A stretch of 64,000 nt of DNA from a virus, in the IMG/VR virus record IMGVR_UViG_3300042988_001700, positions 1-64,000 of that record. One strand, given 5' to 3'. The position numbers were made by a program, and so were the translations under genes. Below are positions 20,171-30,530 of this stretch, piece by piece. Position 1 is the first letter of the stretch, and every line of letters starts with the position of its first letter. Under the pieces are notes generated by a model, which saw only the letters and a list, made by a program, of their open reading frames with translations, had not been told where the DNA came from and did no database searches.

Positions 20171-20346
20171 TGTTTTCCTTCTAATAATTTAATTTTTTCT
20201 GTCAATTGAGAAATTGTTTTTCCCATAATTTTTACTTCATCGTCTTTTTTAATTAACTCATTTCTTAAAAAGATGATAATAGCCGTAGTTTTAGACATAG
20301 AATCAATGGCATCTATTGCAATATCGCTTATTGTTTTTTGTCCCAT
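20167..20346 (-). CDS. Small coiled-coil protein, 59 aa (not in ORF track)
   Basis: MGQKTISDIAIDAIDSMSKTTAIIIFLRNELIKKDDEVKIMGKTISQLTEKIKLLEGKQ fills the gap exactly; its stop overlaps the next start. Confidence 0.6.
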   Translation of the reverse strand: MGQKTISDIAIDAIDSMSKTTAIIIFLRNELIKKDDEVKIMGKTISQLTEKIKLLEGKQ

Positions 20347-20347
20347 A

Positions 20348-20728
20348 TTAAGATACGTTCTTTGCTACGTTTGTTGTTCCAACAACTAAATTTCCATTTT
20401 CGTCAATAAGCGCAATCCTATAAAGTCCTGTTTGGGCATGAGCGTAATTTGCGCTTTCGGCATCGGCCCCATTTAACTTAACCTCTCCGGCGTTCCCTAT
20501 TGATATACCTTCGTCCCCCCCATCGTTACTAAGGAATTGACCCATTAAAGCAATATTGTCGTTTATCCTTGGCCAAAAATAATGAAATACGCCGGAAGAA
20601 TCAACGGCACCGATAGCATAATTCGTTTCTTCCATTCCCCATTGCTGGGTTCTTCCAGTAAAAGCAGATTCAAGTGCTGCCGGTGTTGCTGCGTGAACAA
20701 ATTTTACATCGATATAATAATCTGCCAT
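20348..20728 (-). CDS. Hypothetical virion-associated protein
   Basis: AAGGAG RBS; operon packing. Confidence 0.55.
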   Translation of the reverse strand: MADYYIDVKFVHAATPAALESAFTGRTQQWGMEETNYAIGAVDSSGVFHYFWPRINDNIALMGQFLSNDGGDEGISIGNAGEVKLNGADAESANYAHAQTGLYRIALIDENGNLVVGTTNVAKNVS

Positions 20729-20911
20729 TTATACTCCTTTTTGAATAATCAAATCGTCAGAAGTTCCAACTTGAACTATTCTGTCAGTCGCGTTTCCTGT
20801 TTGAACAAGAAGGCTAAACGTTGTAGTAGAGTCAGTGAATTGCACCAATAAAGAAGCCGGTCCGCTTAACGGGGTAGCCGAAAATTCAGGATCAATTATT
20901 TTAAAACTCAT
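20729..20911 (-). CDS. 60-aa protein carrying the N-terminal strands of a PKD domain
   Basis: PEFSATPLSGPASLLVQFTDST matches the usual PKD N-terminus; ATGA overlap with the upstream gene. Confidence 0.6.
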   Translation of the reverse strand: MSFKIIDPEFSATPLSGPASLLVQFTDSTTTFSLLVQTGNATDRIVQVGTSDDLIIQKGV

Positions 20912-23061
20912 TCTGTATTACCCCAAAAAATATATCCAATATGCTGGTGATACCCAGAAGCGTAAGATGTTTGCATCCTTCTCAACATTTCTGATATTCT
21001 GTCTTTTGCGACATTCTCTCCATACGCTCTATTTGAAAAAGTCCTCATTGCTGGCTCGCTTGTTATTACCATCTCTGTGCTTTGGTCCATAAAAGAGTTT
21101 CCGCCGAAATCCATACATCCAATATTTGGATCTATAATTGATTTCGATGAAATTACCATGTGAGACTCTCCGATATCTTCTATCGTTTGCTGTATAACAG
21201 ATGACGTATCCATTTCGTGTGTTGAATGAAAACACCTTATTACTACAGACTCTTTGTGTGAAACAATATCTATTATTCCGTCTGGAAATATCTCATGCTG
21301 GTCAAGAGAATTATAATACCCAACAAGGTGCTCATACCCTTTTGGGAATTCGCTGTAAAAAATATCCTTTTCACCAGACCTTGCTACCAAAAGAAACGAA
21401 CTGGCAATTGTCCCGATATTACACGGCGGCAACGGCTCCCATGCCCTCTGGTTTAATGGCCAAGCCTTTATTCTCGACCGAAGACCTGGAACTTCGTCTG
21501 AAACTGTATCGCAAAACTTTCTGCTTGTCGGATTCATTGCCGCATATATAGTTGTCGATATTGTCTCGGAATCGTTTACCTCGACGGAAGAAATACTATT
21601 TACCTTTGTAATGTATTTATACTTTCCGTTGCTGCAATAAAGACATTTTCCAACATCTCCCGAAGCAAATTGCATTGTACCAGAAACAAGTGTTACGGTG
21701 TTTAGTAATTGAGTAAAACCAATTACGTCATTCGCGCCAATAGCGTATCCAGTAGACCCCCTCGTCCCACCAGAATACACCGTTCCGTCACTATCCGATA
21801 CAAGCCCAGAAGTTAAATTCGTTATATCATATATCTCAAACACAAGGCCGTCACTCGACTTTATCGAACAATATTTGTCATAGTCAGAGAGAACGTTCTG
21901 TGTAACAGCTATTCCGCCATAAACATCAATCGATAACTCAAACGCCTTGCACACTGGAATATCATTAACCCAAATAAATAATTCTGATTGGTTCGCTACT
22001 TTCTTAACTGCGTCAAACCCAAGAAATCCAGTATCGAGAGGCGCGTAAACCGAATAATGAGTCCAATGTCTTTCCGCTTCAGTTGGAACAACGTCGTCAC
22101 ACGGAACAGTTAGCGACCCAACAGAAACAGGGTGATCAGAACTTATTGGGTATGCAGTAAAAACGCTTCCATAATCTTTATGGTCGGGATCATAAACAAC
22201 AGTTCCAGATTCGCACTCAATATAAACACCAAGCGTTTCCCTGTTTCTTTCCCCTATCCCGTTTAGGCGAGACATTGAATAAGTGTAGTTTCTGCAATAC
22301 GGCGTTAACTCGCCAATAGACCCAGATCCAGTAACCCTTATTGTCGGGACCATTGAATTCATCATAAAAAATAATGACGGGCTTTTTACCAAATCTATTT
22401 TAAAAAGACCATTACTGTTTATCAAAAAAGCATAATTCTCATGCTCTACAATCTTCGACAAAGAATTGTGTGGCTTTTTGTACGATATACAATAAGACTC
22501 TTCCCAAGAAGAAGCGTATGCGTCTGCAACAAAAACCCTTCGATCGATATGAAGTATTATCTTCCTTAGTGTTTTATGTGGATACAATCCATTTACTTGC
22601 CCACGAACAGAACAAAGAGCAGTAGATGTGTGCTCAACAAGCACGTCGTTGACAACCAATATATTATTTCCTATATCGACCTGAGTTATTTTATAGTGCC
22701 TATCTATTCCGCTTAAAATTCCATTTTTAAAAACAAAAAAACTCCCAACATCTTTTTCTGTAAAATCCCACCCCGCTGTAACTGTTATTAAGTTTGCGCT
22801 TTTTGATGCGGTGTAATAATTTCTTTCGACACCAGCGGTAGTCTTGAGGTTTGGTAGTTTCGTATTACTCCACCGCCGCGACCCACCCCTACCCTCAAGA
22901 TACCCTCTGTTTGTAAAATTTTTGAGTTCTCTAATCCCGTTTTCGGGAACATTCCTGGCCGGGCCATCCAAAAACATTCCAGCAGAATGGTCTGATTGTT
23001 TCCTTACTATTCTACGTTCTTTTTGCAGAACGCTTGAAGGATCAAAGTTAGAAGCCGACAT
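20908..23061 (-). CDS. Probable tail nozzle/stabilisation protein
   Basis: GMFLDGPARNVPENGIRELKNF...GYLEGRGGS N-terminus resembles podoviral nozzle proteins; follows the adaptor; beta-rich. Confidence 0.55.
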   Translation of the reverse strand: MSASNFDPSSVLQKERRIVRKQSDHSAGMFLDGPARNVPENGIRELKNFTNRGYLEGRGGSRRWSNTKLPNLKTTAGVERNYYTASKSANLITVTAGWDFTEKDVGSFFVFKNGILSGIDRHYKITQVDIGNNILVVNDVLVEHTSTALCSVRGQVNGLYPHKTLRKIILHIDRRVFVADAYASSWEESYCISYKKPHNSLSKIVEHENYAFLINSNGLFKIDLVKSPSLFFMMNSMVPTIRVTGSGSIGELTPYCRNYTYSMSRLNGIGERNRETLGVYIECESGTVVYDPDHKDYGSVFTAYPISSDHPVSVGSLTVPCDDVVPTEAERHWTHYSVYAPLDTGFLGFDAVKKVANQSELFIWVNDIPVCKAFELSIDVYGGIAVTQNVLSDYDKYCSIKSSDGLVFEIYDITNLTSGLVSDSDGTVYSGGTRGSTGYAIGANDVIGFTQLLNTVTLVSGTMQFASGDVGKCLYCSNGKYKYITKVNSISSVEVNDSETISTTIYAAMNPTSRKFCDTVSDEVPGLRSRIKAWPLNQRAWEPLPPCNIGTIASSFLLVARSGEKDIFYSEFPKGYEHLVGYYNSLDQHEIFPDGIIDIVSHKESVVIRCFHSTHEMDTSSVIQQTIEDIGESHMVISSKSIIDPNIGCMDFGGNSFMDQSTEMVITSEPAMRTFSNRAYGENVAKDRISEMLRRMQTSYASGYHQHIGYIFWGNTE

Positions 23062-23819
23062 TAGCAGATCCTTGATTGTATTTTAGTGTTGTCAGACTGT
23101 GCTCCCCTTGATAATTCTTGGTGAAACCTACTTAACCAAGACGGAATACCTGGCCGGTTCGTATGGAATAGGCTCCATCTATCACCAACCGTTCCATTTT
23201 CTCTTTTCTGTATTGTCCCTATAACGTAGTCCTCAATAGCTTCTTCGTAATATTCTGGGATAATCAACGGAACAGACTCGGATGTCAGCCTTGGAGGCTC
23301 GATAGTGAAACGAATAAAATACTTGTCAGTAGAATCGCCCGGATCTTCCTTAAAAATTATCTTTGCGGAAGTAAGCCCGGTAGCCTCATAGCTATCAACC
23401 GGAATTCCAACAACTGATAGCCGTGAAGTTGCGGTCGAATATGGGTTTTGCCAATAAAACACATACGGTTCGCCAATCCATCTTTTACCATAATCGATAT
23501 TTGTTGAATCAACAAAAACGTCCAAAACAGTTCTTGCCCGAATAGGATAACTGACCCCATTGATAACACGCACCAATGAGGTCACGTTATTCAGGTTTGC
23601 AGCAACAATCTCGTACTCGAATACACCAGCAACAGTTTTAATGTATGGGACCCATCCAAGATTGTCTGTTCCCAAATACCTGAATTGAGGGCCGTCGTAC
23701 CGAAACAGCTTGTCTTGCCCCTTCTGGATAAGAGCAAGAAGGCTTCTTGTTCCAGTGCTTCTGGAATATCCCTCTCTAACCTGGGGAGCGATGTCATCGA
23801 GTAGCGTTTTTGTGCTCAT
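23061..23819 (-). CDS. Probable head-tail adaptor
   Basis: N-terminal helices, and C-terminal PLIIPEYYEEAIEDYV resembling podoviral adaptors; gene position. Confidence 0.55.
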   Translation of the reverse strand: MSTKTLLDDIAPQVREGYSRSTGTRSLLALIQKGQDKLFRYDGPQFRYLGTDNLGWVPYIKTVAGVFEYEIVAANLNNVTSLVRVINGVSYPIRARTVLDVFVDSTNIDYGKRWIGEPYVFYWQNPYSTATSRLSVVGIPVDSYEATGLTSAKIIFKEDPGDSTDKYFIRFTIEPPRLTSESVPLIIPEYYEEAIEDYVIGTIQKRENGTVGDRWSLFHTNRPGIPSWLSRFHQELSRGAQSDNTKIQSRIC

Positions 23820-23822
23820 AAA

Positions 23823-24935
23823 TTATCCGGTTATTACTTCCGGAGCCTGTACAATGCTTGGGATGTACCCCATTGCGCTTTCTCCGGAGCTTTCTGGTTC
23901 ATTTTGTGCGTTAAGAATTGCCGAAATGCACTCGACCTTTGTCGCATTGGAATCAACAAGAATCCCCATTTCGGCGGCAATTGTACGAACGTCGCCGACC
24001 TTCTTTTTCATAAGAGAGTCGCGGGTATGCTTTGTGAGTTCTGTTTTCGAATCGACAACATCTTCGGAATCGTCTTCCGATTTCATGTTACGAATCTGAT
24101 CGATTTCTTCGGGCGAAAGACCGCGAATGACATCAAGAATCTGCTTGCGCATATCAAAAGGAGCGTTCTCCGACATTGTTTCCTGTTCCGGCTCCCTTCG
24201 CGACTTGATAAGAGTATTGACTTTTGGAATAATTTCATTCCGAAATTCACGGCTGGCAGTCCATCCATACGGTTCGCGGGAATACCGTGTAATGAGTTCC
24301 ATGATATCTGACCGCTTGCGCGTCTTCATTCCCTTCTCAATACGGTATTTCTTGTACGGCTGAATTGACACGGGAACCTGGTTCGGACCACGAAGAACCG
24401 TCTCTTCCTGATTAATGAAGTCAATTGCTTCGGCTTCGCTCCAGAAGAAATCAACTTCCTGATTGTTTGTCGGTTTAATAATTTTGTAAATTGGAGCATT
24501 TTCGTTGATAATGTCACGTAGGCACTGAATCTCCATATTGACAATGGATGCACTTATGATTCCGTTTTGCTGGTCCTGCATTTCAATAACACGAATAGCT
24601 GGCTGGTCGGCAAGAATAAGGCGGTTGTGGTAGTAACGATCGTCCGGCATGAACGCCACAAGCGTACCTTTCTTGTCTATCGGATCGAATTTGATTCCGG
24701 CGTCTGAACCGGTGATCCACCTTTCGCTATAGGCAGCATTCGAAGCTCCTTGAGCGAAATTTTCTGTGACAACGACATCGAATGGACCCATAAGAGTTCT
24801 CGAATTCATGTCGGGACATCTCTTAGGATACGCCAAAACAAAAAGGCGTATTCCTGCCATGAGAGCTAAATCGTACTTCTCCGGCGGCTGGTATCCACTG
24901 GCGAACGCTGATCCTGTGCCTTGATTAACCGGCAT
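23823..24935 (-). CDS. Hypothetical protein with C-terminal Rho-N/HeH-like helical domain
   Basis: DSLMKKKVGDVRTIAAEMGI...ATKVECISAIL. Confidence 0.6.
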   Translation of the reverse strand: MPVNQGTGSAFASGYQPPEKYDLALMAGIRLFVLAYPKRCPDMNSRTLMGPFDVVVTENFAQGASNAAYSERWITGSDAGIKFDPIDKKGTLVAFMPDDRYYHNRLILADQPAIRVIEMQDQQNGIISASIVNMEIQCLRDIINENAPIYKIIKPTNNQEVDFFWSEAEAIDFINQEETVLRGPNQVPVSIQPYKKYRIEKGMKTRKRSDIMELITRYSREPYGWTASREFRNEIIPKVNTLIKSRREPEQETMSENAPFDMRKQILDVIRGLSPEEIDQIRNMKSEDDSEDVVDSKTELTKHTRDSLMKKKVGDVRTIAAEMGILVDSNATKVECISAILNAQNEPESSGESAMGYIPSIVQAPEVITG

Positions 24936-24960
24936 CTTCTGTCCTCCTTAAAAAAATATT

Positions 24961-24993
24961 AAACAAAAGGAGTGGGAGTATTTCTCCCACCCC
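24961..24993 (-). terminator. Intrinsic terminator after the major capsid gene
   Basis: Minus strand GGGGTGGGAG-AAATA-CTCCCACTCC then TTTTGTTT. Confidence 0.75.
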
Positions 24994-25006
24994 ACCAATC
25001 ACTTGC

Positions 25007-26377
25007 TTACGAAATGGTCACAATCGGAGCTCGGCTGATAGGAATCAGGCACGAACCCTTCTGAATCTGGGTTGTACTTGCACCATCACCACGGGACGCT
25101 GCATCCTTATCGAACGACGGGATCTGAATCCCGGCACCCAAATAGGCACCACGACCCTGAATCTGGCCGTATTCCGTCGATTCGGAAAGGTTAGTTACCA
25201 GCGGGTCAACAAGGTACTCGGCAAGAGCATTTGCGCCAAGAGCGGCACACATGTCAAACACATAGTTTGTTGCACCGGAAGTATTAGCCCACGCTGAATT
25301 GTTACGGTCATCGTTGTTGCCGGGGTTGACATACCCAACTTTAAGGGTATACGAACCAGCAGAACCGCCAACCGTAAGAGTTGGCATACGAGCGTCTGTA
25401 ACGAAAACAAGCTGCTCAAGCACGCGACCAATCTCGCCAATAAGTTTCGGGCGATCCGGATCTTTGTACTCTGCAACACCCTTGAAATACTCGCCAAGGC
25501 TTCCGGCTTTACCGGGATTCATTGCCCAACCAAGAACACGCGGGGGAATAAGAATGATGTAACTCGGAATACCATCAAGCATAACCGGCTCCATAACAAG
25601 CTGGTCAGTCAGATAATATTTGATCTGCATCATCGTATCAACATTCATAAGCGCCTTGGGTGCCGAACCAGTACCGGAGGCTGCCAGCAACGCAGTGGCA
25701 ATATTAAGCACAAACGTCGAAGATCCGGAATAGGTGCGGCTGGAATAATATCCATCGGTATCAGCGGCACCATTGGTTTTAGTAAGATCGGTAATATCAT
25801 ACGCTGGGTACGAAGATTCTACCAAGTTAGGAATAATCCAGTTCTTATTAAACTGCTGCTTATTGCTGACGGGTGCATTCGTAAGACCCTCGTCATAAGT
25901 AAGCATAAGAGCCTGGTGAATGTGCGTATCACGAAGTTCTGCCATGTACTCTGACAACGCCGGGCCATAAGTTTCGATGTACTTCAGGTAGGCGGTATCG
26001 TTGTAGTCGTATCCCCACTTTTTGTACTTAACGCTTTTCTTGATTTCGTTGTAGAACAACTCCGTCCAAACAAGATCCTGTTCATCTTCGTTGCCAAGCA
26101 TTGCGTTTTCATTGCCGTACTGCGGGGCCTTTTTCAGGGGAGTACGCATCGCAATACGACAGGACTGGCCGGAATCCGGGGCGTTCGTTACCTCCATCCA
26201 AATACCGGCTTTTACGACATTGATAATTCCATCAATGACCTGAATTGCAGTTTTAAGCTGCGTGAAGACGGACGGTCGAATACTGTTCTCGCGAAGACGC
26301 TTCTCGTAACCAATCCGGCGAATTGCGGTTGCATTCATACCGGAAAGGGTGGTCGGTGTACCTGGAACATAAGCCAT
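25007..26377 (-). CDS. Major capsid protein (N4-gp56-like)
   Basis: Follows portal and scaffold, strong RBS (AGAGGAG), followed by a terminator; GQSCRIAMRTPL...MLGNEDEQ segment is typical of this family. Confidence 0.75.
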   Translation of the reverse strand: MAYVPGTPTTLSGMNATAIRRIGYEKRLRENSIRPSVFTQLKTAIQVIDGIINVVKAGIWMEVTNAPDSGQSCRIAMRTPLKKAPQYGNENAMLGNEDEQDLVWTELFYNEIKKSVKYKKWGYDYNDTAYLKYIETYGPALSEYMAELRDTHIHQALMLTYDEGLTNAPVSNKQQFNKNWIIPNLVESSYPAYDITDLTKTNGAADTDGYYSSRTYSGSSTFVLNIATALLAASGTGSAPKALMNVDTMMQIKYYLTDQLVMEPVMLDGIPSYIILIPPRVLGWAMNPGKAGSLGEYFKGVAEYKDPDRPKLIGEIGRVLEQLVFVTDARMPTLTVGGSAGSYTLKVGYVNPGNNDDRNNSAWANTSGATNYVFDMCAALGANALAEYLVDPLVTNLSESTEYGQIQGRGAYLGAGIQIPSFDKDAASRGDGASTTQIQKGSCLIPISRAPIVTIS

Positions 26378-26499
26378 AATATTATCTCCTCTTTAACGGT
26401 TTACTGTTTTAGTTTTGTTCAAACTCCGTGTTGCCACAGATACCGTCATCAAGGTGACTTCGTTCGAAGCGCAATTGTGGATCAAGAAATAACTTGTGG

Positions 26500-27960
26500 C
26501 TATTTCTCTACCAAAACAGGATTCAACTCTTCAGGCCGCATGTTGAAGTGCTTTGCAATCTGCCTTAAAGTATCCTTCTCTGTCTCGCTCCACGACTTTG
26601 AATCTTTGGCCATAAGCGCATTAAACTGCTGCATTGGGAAATTTGCAATATCAAGTTGTCCTTGTCCTTCCCCAACCTTGGTTTCCTGTGCGAACGACTT
26701 ACGATTCTGGATCGCTTTTTCTCGTTTATTCTGCATTTCAACTTGTGATTGAAATTTATCATTCTCGACAAGAAGTGAATTATTCTGAGTTTTTGCTATC
26801 GCCAGAGCAGCATCCCAATCAATTGGAATAAATTCACCTGATTCGTTTCTTGCACCATACTGCTTGCGTATACCCCTTACGGCATACACTTTATTAAGAA
26901 CGTCCATATCAGCGGGAACACTTATCCCCCTCTCGGTAGCTCTTACGCGAAGGTCTTCGCCGTCTTTGTTTGACGCATCCTGATGTAATTGAACAGCCGT
27001 TCGAACGTCGTCGCGAATACTCCGGCCATCATCCTTGTATATTCCACCATTGATCCCTGAAATTAAGGCAATATCTTCCATGTACTTGATAAAATCGCCT
27101 TCTATCTCTTGGATGGTGCGGTCTCCAGAAAACATGTCTGGATATCTTTTCCGGAAGTCCTCGATTTCAGCGTATTCGTTTTTAACCGCCGTCTTCTGGC
27201 TGTTATTAGTAATCTCTGACTGCTGAACACGCTTTACGCTATCGATTTCTCCTCGCAACTCGCTTTTGACTCTCTCGATTTCCTTCTTATTCTCAAGCGC
27301 AGCAAGTTTGATTCTTGCCTCATTGGCAGAAGATATAGCCGCATCCCTATCGGATAGCAACTTCTTATAGTTCGCCATCTTTTCTTCGTCAAAAGCGTCT
27401 TCTCCTGAAGGAATATCTGGCAACGCCGGTATTTCTGGAATAACAATATCAACCGTCTTAACTTCGTCTGTTTGTTCGGGCTGTTTCGTTACATTGTTTT
27501 TGTATCTTTCAAGTTCGGCCTTAAGCGAAGTATTCTCAGACTGAAAAGAACGCACAGACTCTTCAAGAGTAGGTATTTTTTCTTTTCTAAGAAAATCAAT
27601 TGTTCGGTCCTTCTCAACAACACCTTTGTGCATTTCAAGAACAGCTTCGTCTGGGGTTCTGTTTTTGGCATACGTTCCAAGCCATTCCGGTTTTACTTTT
27701 ACAGTAACAACCTCGTCATCGGACGTTACTTCGTCAACGACAACCGGTTCTTTAGGTTCGTCAACTACTTCGTTTTTTGTTTCGGCAGAAACAACTTCTT
27801 CAGTTTTCTCTTCGGGAACAGGAGGAGCAACGGCCCCACTTTCCATAGCGTCAAGATCCTTCAATACCTGCGCAGCAAAGTCGGCATCTGACTCCATAAG
27901 TTTCTTCAGTTCGTCAAAATCCTTGATTTCTGTAACGCCATCGGTTGTGGCTTGTGGCAT
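26500..27960 (-). CDS. Capsid scaffolding protein
   Basis: Acidic coiled-coil protein between portal and capsid. Confidence 0.7.
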   Translation of the reverse strand: MPQATTDGVTEIKDFDELKKLMESDADFAAQVLKDLDAMESGAVAPPVPEEKTEEVVSAETKNEVVDEPKEPVVVDEVTSDDEVVTVKVKPEWLGTYAKNRTPDEAVLEMHKGVVEKDRTIDFLRKEKIPTLEESVRSFQSENTSLKAELERYKNNVTKQPEQTDEVKTVDIVIPEIPALPDIPSGEDAFDEEKMANYKKLLSDRDAAISSANEARIKLAALENKKEIERVKSELRGEIDSVKRVQQSEITNNSQKTAVKNEYAEIEDFRKRYPDMFSGDRTIQEIEGDFIKYMEDIALISGINGGIYKDDGRSIRDDVRTAVQLHQDASNKDGEDLRVRATERGISVPADMDVLNKVYAVRGIRKQYGARNESGEFIPIDWDAALAIAKTQNNSLLVENDKFQSQVEMQNKREKAIQNRKSFAQETKVGEGQGQLDIANFPMQQFNALMAKDSKSWSETEKDTLRQIAKHFNMRPEELNPVLVEK

Positions 27961-27969
27961 AATATCTCC

Positions 27970-30180
27970 TTACCCTTGTGGGGTTTGGGATTGGGTTTGT
28001 AATCCGCTCGGAAGTGAGCGCGGTTCTATATTCGGATTCGAATCTTGTGCACTAATATCGCTCGGGTTTCCGCCTTCTACTGGATACCCTTGGCCCGGAG
28101 AAGGGTTTCCTGCCGGGGGAACAGATTGCGGTTGCTCTTGTGGCTGACCCTGGCCGCCACTAGTCCCCATTGTCTGAACAGGGGCGGGAGGAGGAGGGTT
28201 CTTTGCTGCCTCTAACTGTTTATCCAATTGAATATCCTGTAGCTGAAGTCCTTTTAACTTAACGGTCATTTCATATTCGGCAACCTTTGCTTGAACTATC
28301 TTTGCTTCAATTTCGGTCATCTGTAATTCAAGTTCTTTTTCACCAATAGCTTCCAATGCTTGAATATTTTCTTCGTCAAACGAAGACATCCTCTTTGCCG
28401 CTTCCATTACCATGTACTGAAGTGTTGCCGGTTTATTTGACGGGATATTCTTCATGAATTTGCTGATAGAATCGAGTTCCTCAAGCTTCTGCGTCGGGCT
28501 TTGTTGCTGTTCCGAAATAATTACTTTGTGGCGAATTCTTTTGAGTTCTCGGACATCGTTCTTAATCGCCATGCGGCCATCAGCAAGGGTAATCGGCTCA
28601 TTAAGTGTTACTGACTCTTTCCCCTGATTAAACGTGAATTTACGGGGAAGCGATTCGTTTGAGTACGTATTTGCGCTCTGCATGAAATACGCTTCGTATA
28701 CTTCGTTCCAGAAGATCCTGAGACCGTAATGGATAGTATATAGCTGTTGGTCTGACTGAATCTTAAGCAGCTCGAATAGCTTTCCTGATTCCGAAGCGCC
28801 CGTCTGAAACCCTCTTTGTGCAGGAGTTACCTTGCTTATATGGGGTAGCAAAACATCGACAATGTGGTTTAAATGCTGATACACTTCGCTCGGGAAATCT
28901 GATTTTCTAACGGGGGCTGAAACTGTTTTTCCTTCATCAGATATAAGCCCTGGTCTTACCTCAAAGTTTTCGGTCGGATCGTTTCTCTTTTCGAGAAAGC
29001 GTTTGTATTCCTTGTCGTCCACGAACCCTGACCGGTCAACCAATTGCGCTCCGCCACCTCCTTCTGTCTGTATTTTGTACGTTATAAGGCTTTCGTGATA
29101 GTTTATATTGGTTTGGACATCTTTGATAGAATCAACAATTGAATGAGATTCGCCATTTGCGCGGCTTGCTGACCACCAGAAGAACGGAAGCCGACCGATC
29201 TGTATCTCGGTCCTCCCATCCGCAAGAAGATAGAAATTGCTTATTGTTGGAGAAACGGCTTTGACATAACAAACTTTGTCTGGTCGTTTTTCGGTGTATA
29301 CGTGATCTGGTCTCCACGTAGGATGATACTGGTTGAGCCATGCCGGTTTATCTATATCCTCAATGTCATCAGGTATAATAACTTTGCCGGTTTCTGTCAA
29401 AGCGAATTCGACATCCTTCATCTCGTCTATCACCGAATACTCTTCTATAACCCTGTGCAGCGAACCCCATTTCCCTCCGTCGTGTTCGTTCACGTATGGA
29501 GTTACGCTACTATATGACCCGTATGTATCGCTCTTGTCTTTGTGGAGCGCAATCTCAAGTTTTATCAAATCAGCCTTGTCTTTGTACAGGTCCATTAACT
29601 CTTCATCTGAATACCAAGATTCCTGCCAACACTTACGGCAGCTCTTTGATCCCCAATCTTTCCAATACGGGGTAGCCATCACTGTTCCGGGAAGACAATT
29701 CTTGAATCCTATATTCCCCAACTCGTCGTATTCGTCGGAAATTACCATTTTCATGACTGATTCATGGATTAATCCACCAGTGACCGTTTGAAGGTACGTA
29801 CTATTCCAATCCATGATCTCTTTGTCGGAATACATTGCCTTTTTAATGGAATGCGTCAGACTTGTAATCTCTTCGTTAACCGGATAAAATTCAGGATCAA
29901 AAGGAATCTGCATGATTCCACCAGCGATTGTATCGACAATTGGCTTGATAAAATTATAGGTTAGCATCTGACGGTTCTGATTCAGCATGTAGGCAACGGC
30001 GCTATCAGGCCATTGTCCAAGCCCTAATTCTGGATCGTGCGCCCAATAGAAACGCCAATTTTCAATTTCTCGCCTGAATTTTCTTGTGTAATAGTCTTTT
30101 GCATTGCGCCAACCGTCAAGAATGCTGACGCAACTCTCGTTTGGTTTTGGCTTTAAAATGTCATGTCCTATAGTGATCAA
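27970..30180 (-). CDS. Portal protein (P22-like)
   Basis: GQWPD...LTYNFIKPIVDTIAG, SIVDSIKDVQTNIN, C-terminal coiled coil and Pro/Gln tail. Confidence 0.85.
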   Translation of the reverse strand: MITIGHDILKPKPNESCVSILDGWRNAKDYYTRKFRREIENWRFYWAHDPELGLGQWPDSAVAYMLNQNRQMLTYNFIKPIVDTIAGGIMQIPFDPEFYPVNEEITSLTHSIKKAMYSDKEIMDWNSTYLQTVTGGLIHESVMKMVISDEYDELGNIGFKNCLPGTVMATPYWKDWGSKSCRKCWQESWYSDEELMDLYKDKADLIKLEIALHKDKSDTYGSYSSVTPYVNEHDGGKWGSLHRVIEEYSVIDEMKDVEFALTETGKVIIPDDIEDIDKPAWLNQYHPTWRPDHVYTEKRPDKVCYVKAVSPTISNFYLLADGRTEIQIGRLPFFWWSASRANGESHSIVDSIKDVQTNINYHESLITYKIQTEGGGGAQLVDRSGFVDDKEYKRFLEKRNDPTENFEVRPGLISDEGKTVSAPVRKSDFPSEVYQHLNHIVDVLLPHISKVTPAQRGFQTGASESGKLFELLKIQSDQQLYTIHYGLRIFWNEVYEAYFMQSANTYSNESLPRKFTFNQGKESVTLNEPITLADGRMAIKNDVRELKRIRHKVIISEQQQSPTQKLEELDSISKFMKNIPSNKPATLQYMVMEAAKRMSSFDEENIQALEAIGEKELELQMTEIEAKIVQAKVAEYEMTVKLKGLQLQDIQLDKQLEAAKNPPPPAPVQTMGTSGGQGQPQEQPQSVPPAGNPSPGQGYPVEGGNPSDISAQDSNPNIEPRSLPSGLQTQSQTPQG

Positions 30181-30428
30181 ATATCCAACCTCGCCACTGC
30201 TTCGGTATATACTGTTCGTGACTTCGGAATATCCCTCGAAACAATTCCGCTTGCATCAACAGTATGCCGATATGTGATATTGCATAGGTGACATCTGTGC
30301 TTGCTTATGTTCGGGACATCAATCTGGATCTCTCCAAGATATTGATTGCACACTCTCCCGCCTGGTCGCGATTTTCCCTTTCTTGTTTTACTATCACACT
30401 TGATCTCGTAAAATTTGTTTTTTTCCAT
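30177..30428 (-). CDS. Small zinc-ribbon protein (Mu Com-like)
   Basis: EIKC...CNQYLG...RCHLC. Confidence 0.5.
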   Translation of the reverse strand: MEKNKFYEIKCDSKTRKGKSRPGGRVCNQYLGEIQIDVPNISKHRCHLCNITYRHTVDASGIVSRDIPKSRTVYTEAVARLDI

Positions 30429-30478
30429 ACAGAAAAATCTCCAAGGAGAAAACGCTATTCACCTCAAATATACATATA

Positions 30479-30507
30479 AGTATACTTAAAAAAAATTATA
30501 AAAGCAA
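30479..30507 (-). promoter_or_regulatory. Putative promoter for the head/tail operon
   Basis: TTGCTT-17 bp-TATACT on the minus strand in an AT-rich intergenic gap. Confidence 0.5.
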
Positions 30508-30530
30508 AAAAAAATGAATTAAATTTCTAC

